NCBI GenBank assembly: GCA_051942165.1
Contig: JAVECS010000022.1
Coordinates: forward strand, 1 to 40,526
Source: Circinaria calcarea
Lineage: Eukaryota
Direction of reading: 5' to 3'
Length of the DNA: 40,526 bases
Positions 36,882-40,526 of this stretch are shown here, one piece after another. The notes under the pieces are model-generated. The model was not told where the DNA came from. It saw only the letters and a list, made by a program, of their open reading frames with translations, and ran no database searches. Position numbers and translations under genes: made by a program. Within the stretch, counting starts at the first letter, position 1, and each line of letters begins with the position of its first letter.

Positions 36882-37914
36882 ATGGTCTTCCTCGTTTCCC
36901 TGACGGCCGCTTGTTTGGCAATCCTCGTCCCCACCACTGCCCTCGATGTGTCCTCCACTCTCCAGAATGTTCTGTCAAACCCAAACCACAGCCTCCTCTA
37001 TACCTACCCCACAGACCTGACCCGTGGAATCATTCCGGTAAGTTTCTTCTCCGCAGGTTCTTAGAAAGCGTACGTTGACTCCGATGGCTAAAGTCTTCGA
37101 TCCTTAGAAAGGAATTCATTCCCACAACGACTACTGGCGTGACCTCCCCTTCTACACTGCCCTCTCAGTTGGCTGTGTCAGCATTGAAGCCGACGTCTGG
37201 CTTTATAATGCAACCCTATACGTCGGCCATGAAAGATCCGCCTTGACACCTTCCCGCACCTTTGCCTCCCTCTACATTGACCCCATCCTCGATGTTCTCC
37301 GGCGGCAGAACCCCATCTCTCCGTTCGTCACCACCAAAACCACCAACGGCGTTTTTGATGGCTACAGCAGCCAAACTCTCTACCTCTTCGTCGACGTGAA
37401 AACGTCGGGAAAAGACACGTGGCCGTATGTCGTCGCGGCGCTGGAACCTCTCCGGAGCGCCGGGTACCTTTCGCGTGTGGAGAATGCCAGCAGTAAATCG
37501 ATCCTCTACCGGCCTGTTACCGTGATTGGCACCGGCAACACCCCCCTCGATCAAGTACAGCCTCTGGCATCGCGAGATTACTTTTATGATGCTCCGATCC
37601 CAACGCTGAACAGCACGTTCAGCAACATCACCTCGCTTGTTTCACCTATCGCGTCGACAAGCTTTGCTGCTTCGTTTGGTACGGTCCGAAACACGAGTGG
37701 CACCCTTAACGAGACCCAATTGACACTGCTGAGGGCGCAGGTAGCGGGAGCGCACTCCAAAGGAATCAAAGTCCGGTATTGGGCGCAGCCTGCATGGCCG
37801 ATTAGCCTCCGCAATGGGGTGTGGAAGCAGCTGTGGGAGGAGGGGGCTGATTTGATCAACGCGGATGATTTGGCGGCCGCAGCGGGATTCAGTGACGTGT
37901 CAAATTATTGGTGA
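36882..37914 (+). CDS. AIM6-like PLC-like phosphodiesterase-fold protein, secreted-type; one intron at about 37038-37107
   Basis: Signal peptide MVFLVSLTAACLAILVPTTA; YPTDLTRGIIP/KGIHSHNDYWRDLP..GCVSIEADVWL..LYVGH; KVRYW; ADLINADDL; several N-x-S/T sites. Confidence 0.85.
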
Positions 37915-38581
37915 ATACGAGTCACGGTAGTGATTCCCCAGTTTCTACCAACCCCTTATAGATGCTCTAGATCTTAGAATCCATGCCTTGACATTCCTAC
38001 CCGAAAAATCTACAGCACTTCTGAGTAAGCAACGCCCGTTGAAACATAAAGAGATATTCTTTGTCTTTTAATCCCATTGCTTTTCGAAACCTCTGGCTCG
38101 ACTCAAGTCACTACCGGATTCTCTTGGTATAGACGACTCTACAAGCCTCAGAGACACTCCCTGGATTCGTATCCAGATTCCATACTGGATAAGCATAGAT
38201 AGACACCTTCCAAGTTCCCTTGTCTCGATTGCAGCATGGAAGAGAGGCAGCCACCCTGTTCGCACCCATCCCGTCCCATTCCCTTTGTCCCGCTCCCAAA
38301 CGCCCCTCGAAACCACCATTGTGTTGAAGGCGACAACTCCTTTATTCCAGCCCTTGTCCATACCACAATGTCCTTGTCCGACCTCTACAAAGGGTCCGTC
38401 TTTCTCAGCTATAATACCCTTTGGCGGCCGAATTTCCATGATTATGGTCAATTTTTTTCCAAACAATGTCCAGTGCACCTCGTCTGGTTTTCCCCTCCTC
38501 GTTTTCAAACTTATACATATTGTACACTATTCCCTCGTTGCTAGATTTGCTTAGTTTGCTTCCGACCGACAAGACCACAAG

Positions 38582-38908
38582 ATGGGACGTTATAATAAGA
38601 GGAAAGGGGGGAGAAATAAAAAGGGCCCTTATCCCAATCCAAACCCCATCAGCACCCCGCCCACCAACCATCACGCAGACGGCGACGACGACGAAATGGA
38701 CTGGGAGCCCAACTCGCCGCTAAACTGGCGCGCTACGGTCGACCAGGACATGGAGATGCTCGACGCCCCCGACCCCCTCGACTACGCACTCGCGCAGCTA
38801 TTGGGCATAACCATCGAACCCAAGGACCCGAAGAAGGTATCCGGAGCGGCCTGGGATTACGCGCTGGATCAGCTGCTAGGGCCTTATTGGTTACCCGAAG
38901 AATGGTAG
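38582..38908 (+). CDS. Orphan hypothetical protein (108 aa)
   Basis: ACAAGATGG start, C/G-ending codons, basic N-terminus, acidic middle, internal DYALxQLLG repeat. Confidence 0.5.
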   Translation: MGRYNKRKGGRNKKGPYPNPNPISTPPTNHHADGDDDEMDWEPNSPLNWRATVDQDMEMLDAPDPLDYALAQLLGITIEPKDPKKVSGAAWDYALDQLLGPYWLPEEW

Positions 38909-39855
38909 TTCGTTGACCTTTGTATACGCACTTACTCGTAGGCTAAGTGTCTTGCCAGTTCGCGATCCATTTTCCCCGCAGGAAAAGGTGGCGAGAGGGG
39001 TCAAGGGCCCCCCGGATGAGAGATAGGGTTCAGGTTAATCGGCATCCTCGCGCTCGACTTTCCGATGGGATTTCTTTAATCAAAGAGCGCAGGCGCTTGA
39101 AGTCAGCGGAGTCCAGCTCGGGCGGAATGGGGCGGATGGGGTTCGAGGTACGTCTTTCCTTCCGGGGTGTAGTTGAACGCTTCGTATCCGGGCCTGTGTG
39201 GTTTAACAACCTTTGATGGCCCATCAAGGTCGCAAATTTCCCCCGGTACGTACACTTGATGTTTCAAAGTCGACTCTGCAATGCTGTATGCGAAGCTGAC
39301 ACGCATCTCTGTCTTCACGTCCAACGAACCTAGCGATCCTGCCTCTGGAAATCTTCCATTACCTTGGCGTTGGAAGTTGACATTTTCAGCGCCGTTCCTC
39401 TTTTTCCAAGCTTCACACCTTCCAATCCGTCACTCTGCCATCGAAATTCCCCATACATCTACTTCGCATAAACGATATTCCCATGTGATGATTCACAGCG
39501 AGCAGTAGGAGCATTAGAGAGCTCCATCAAAGCTCAGAATAGTATTGTCTTATCATTAGACATCAACACTGCAAGAGCCCAAAGAGTTTGTAACGCTGAA
39601 TTCAATGGATCAGTTGACTGCTGTAGGACTGCTTTTCATCGTTGGAATTCGGAACTGCGGCAGTGAGTCTCGTGGTCAGGGCGTGAAGGAAATATTACTG
39701 CAGGGCTCACCCAGCTATAAGCATTTAGTCCAATTTTCAGTAGTGCCACTGCATTGGTGTCAGTACCAGAGAGTGGTTGGCTTAATGAGAAACTGATTAC
39801 TCAGTCCGATTCAGTTTATAAGGAGTGCGTGATCCATTCTCGATCAACAGATTTG

Positions 39856-40526
39856 TTATTCCTCTTTATGGAAAGTGGGTTTCTTTATAACCCCGTTCAC
39901 GCTGTTAGCCCTGACGATCTCTGGGAGAGAGAAAATCCGAGGCCACACCAACGTATACTCCTCCTGGCGTCCATTTAGGCAATGCCTGAGCCATATGCCC
40001 CAGGTAATGTAAAAATAAGCACCTATGCCGGTCATAATATGCCTAAAGTTGCCGACTTAGTAGACTCAGGAGTGGACCAGCTAAAGAGCGGCAGCCCTTA
40101 CCACCATCCATGTCCTTCAAGTAGGATACCCCAAGGTAGGCCTATCTCCCTCCTCCATCTTCGCAGAGTTAAGCAATACTCGTTATCTAAATGCCAGATT
40201 GCGAATCCACCTAGGAAAATTGAAAGTCCATTGGCAATCATCAACCACATTGTGCCCAGGATCTCCTGATCCCGACGTCCTTCCCGCCGTGAAACCTTCT
40301 TCTCATCTGCAGTCATTGAGCGTTTCCGCCGTAGCTTATAGTCCTCCTCTTTTCGGGTTAGAGACGGCCGGAGGCCGAACTCCATCACATACATGCTGCG
40401 AAAAAGAACCACCGCAGTGAGAATGGCATAAGCATTCTGGTGAAAGGCGGGGTCCTGCAAGTAATGATAGTACAGGGTGATGAAGGTTGCTAGTGATACT
40501 AGGCTGAGAGCGAGAATAAGAGCGAA
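39856..40526 (-). CDS. Alkaline (phyto)ceramidase, Ypc1/Ydc1 family, 3' part; intron inside the WW/H motif
   Basis: YYHYLQDPAFHQNAYA..GFAIWHLDNEYC..GLPWGILLEGHGWW/HIMTGIGAY..WGIWLRHCL (CREST-family His motif). Confidence 0.92.

Noticed and set aside
39030..39480. Overlapping minus-strand ORFs as a frameshifted gene remnant
   Set aside because: Protein-like in places, but I cannot assign a family or a start; needs BLASTX.

Overview
Gene-dense, intron-containing chromosomal DNA of a filamentous ascomycete (Pezizomycotina; short GT-AG introns with CTRAY branch points). In order it carries the 3' end of OPI3, an RXT2-like gene, a non-MAT MATA_HMG-box transcription factor, PSF1, a SulP/STAS/cNMP transporter (Vsb1-like), a PH-domain protein, the cross-pathway-control bZIP gene cpcA/cpc-1 (GCN4 orthologue), an Mdm1/SNX13-type sorting nexin, TRM8, VPS25, a multi-BRCT gene (Rtt107/Brc1-like), a peroxisomal alpha/beta hydrolase, an AIM6-like phosphodiesterase-fold gene and the 3' part of an alkaline ceramidase. 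The richest signal is the cpcA 5' region: two perfect Gcn4/CpcA sites, uORF1, uORF2, an extra AUG nested in uORF1, a 280-codon stop-free and AUG-free in-frame upstream extension with near-cognate starts (non-AUG N-terminally extended isoform), and a 60-nt in-frame intron. Other non-genic structure: a ~170-bp MITE-like element, a RIP-like degraded segment, paired TR-box-like HMG sites upstream of the HMG gene, a pRiA4b-ORF3-like pseudogene and two orphan ORFs. All family assignments come from motif recognition by eye, not from database searches. The cpcA architecture is known from other fungi, so I found nothing I can claim as a wholly new system.
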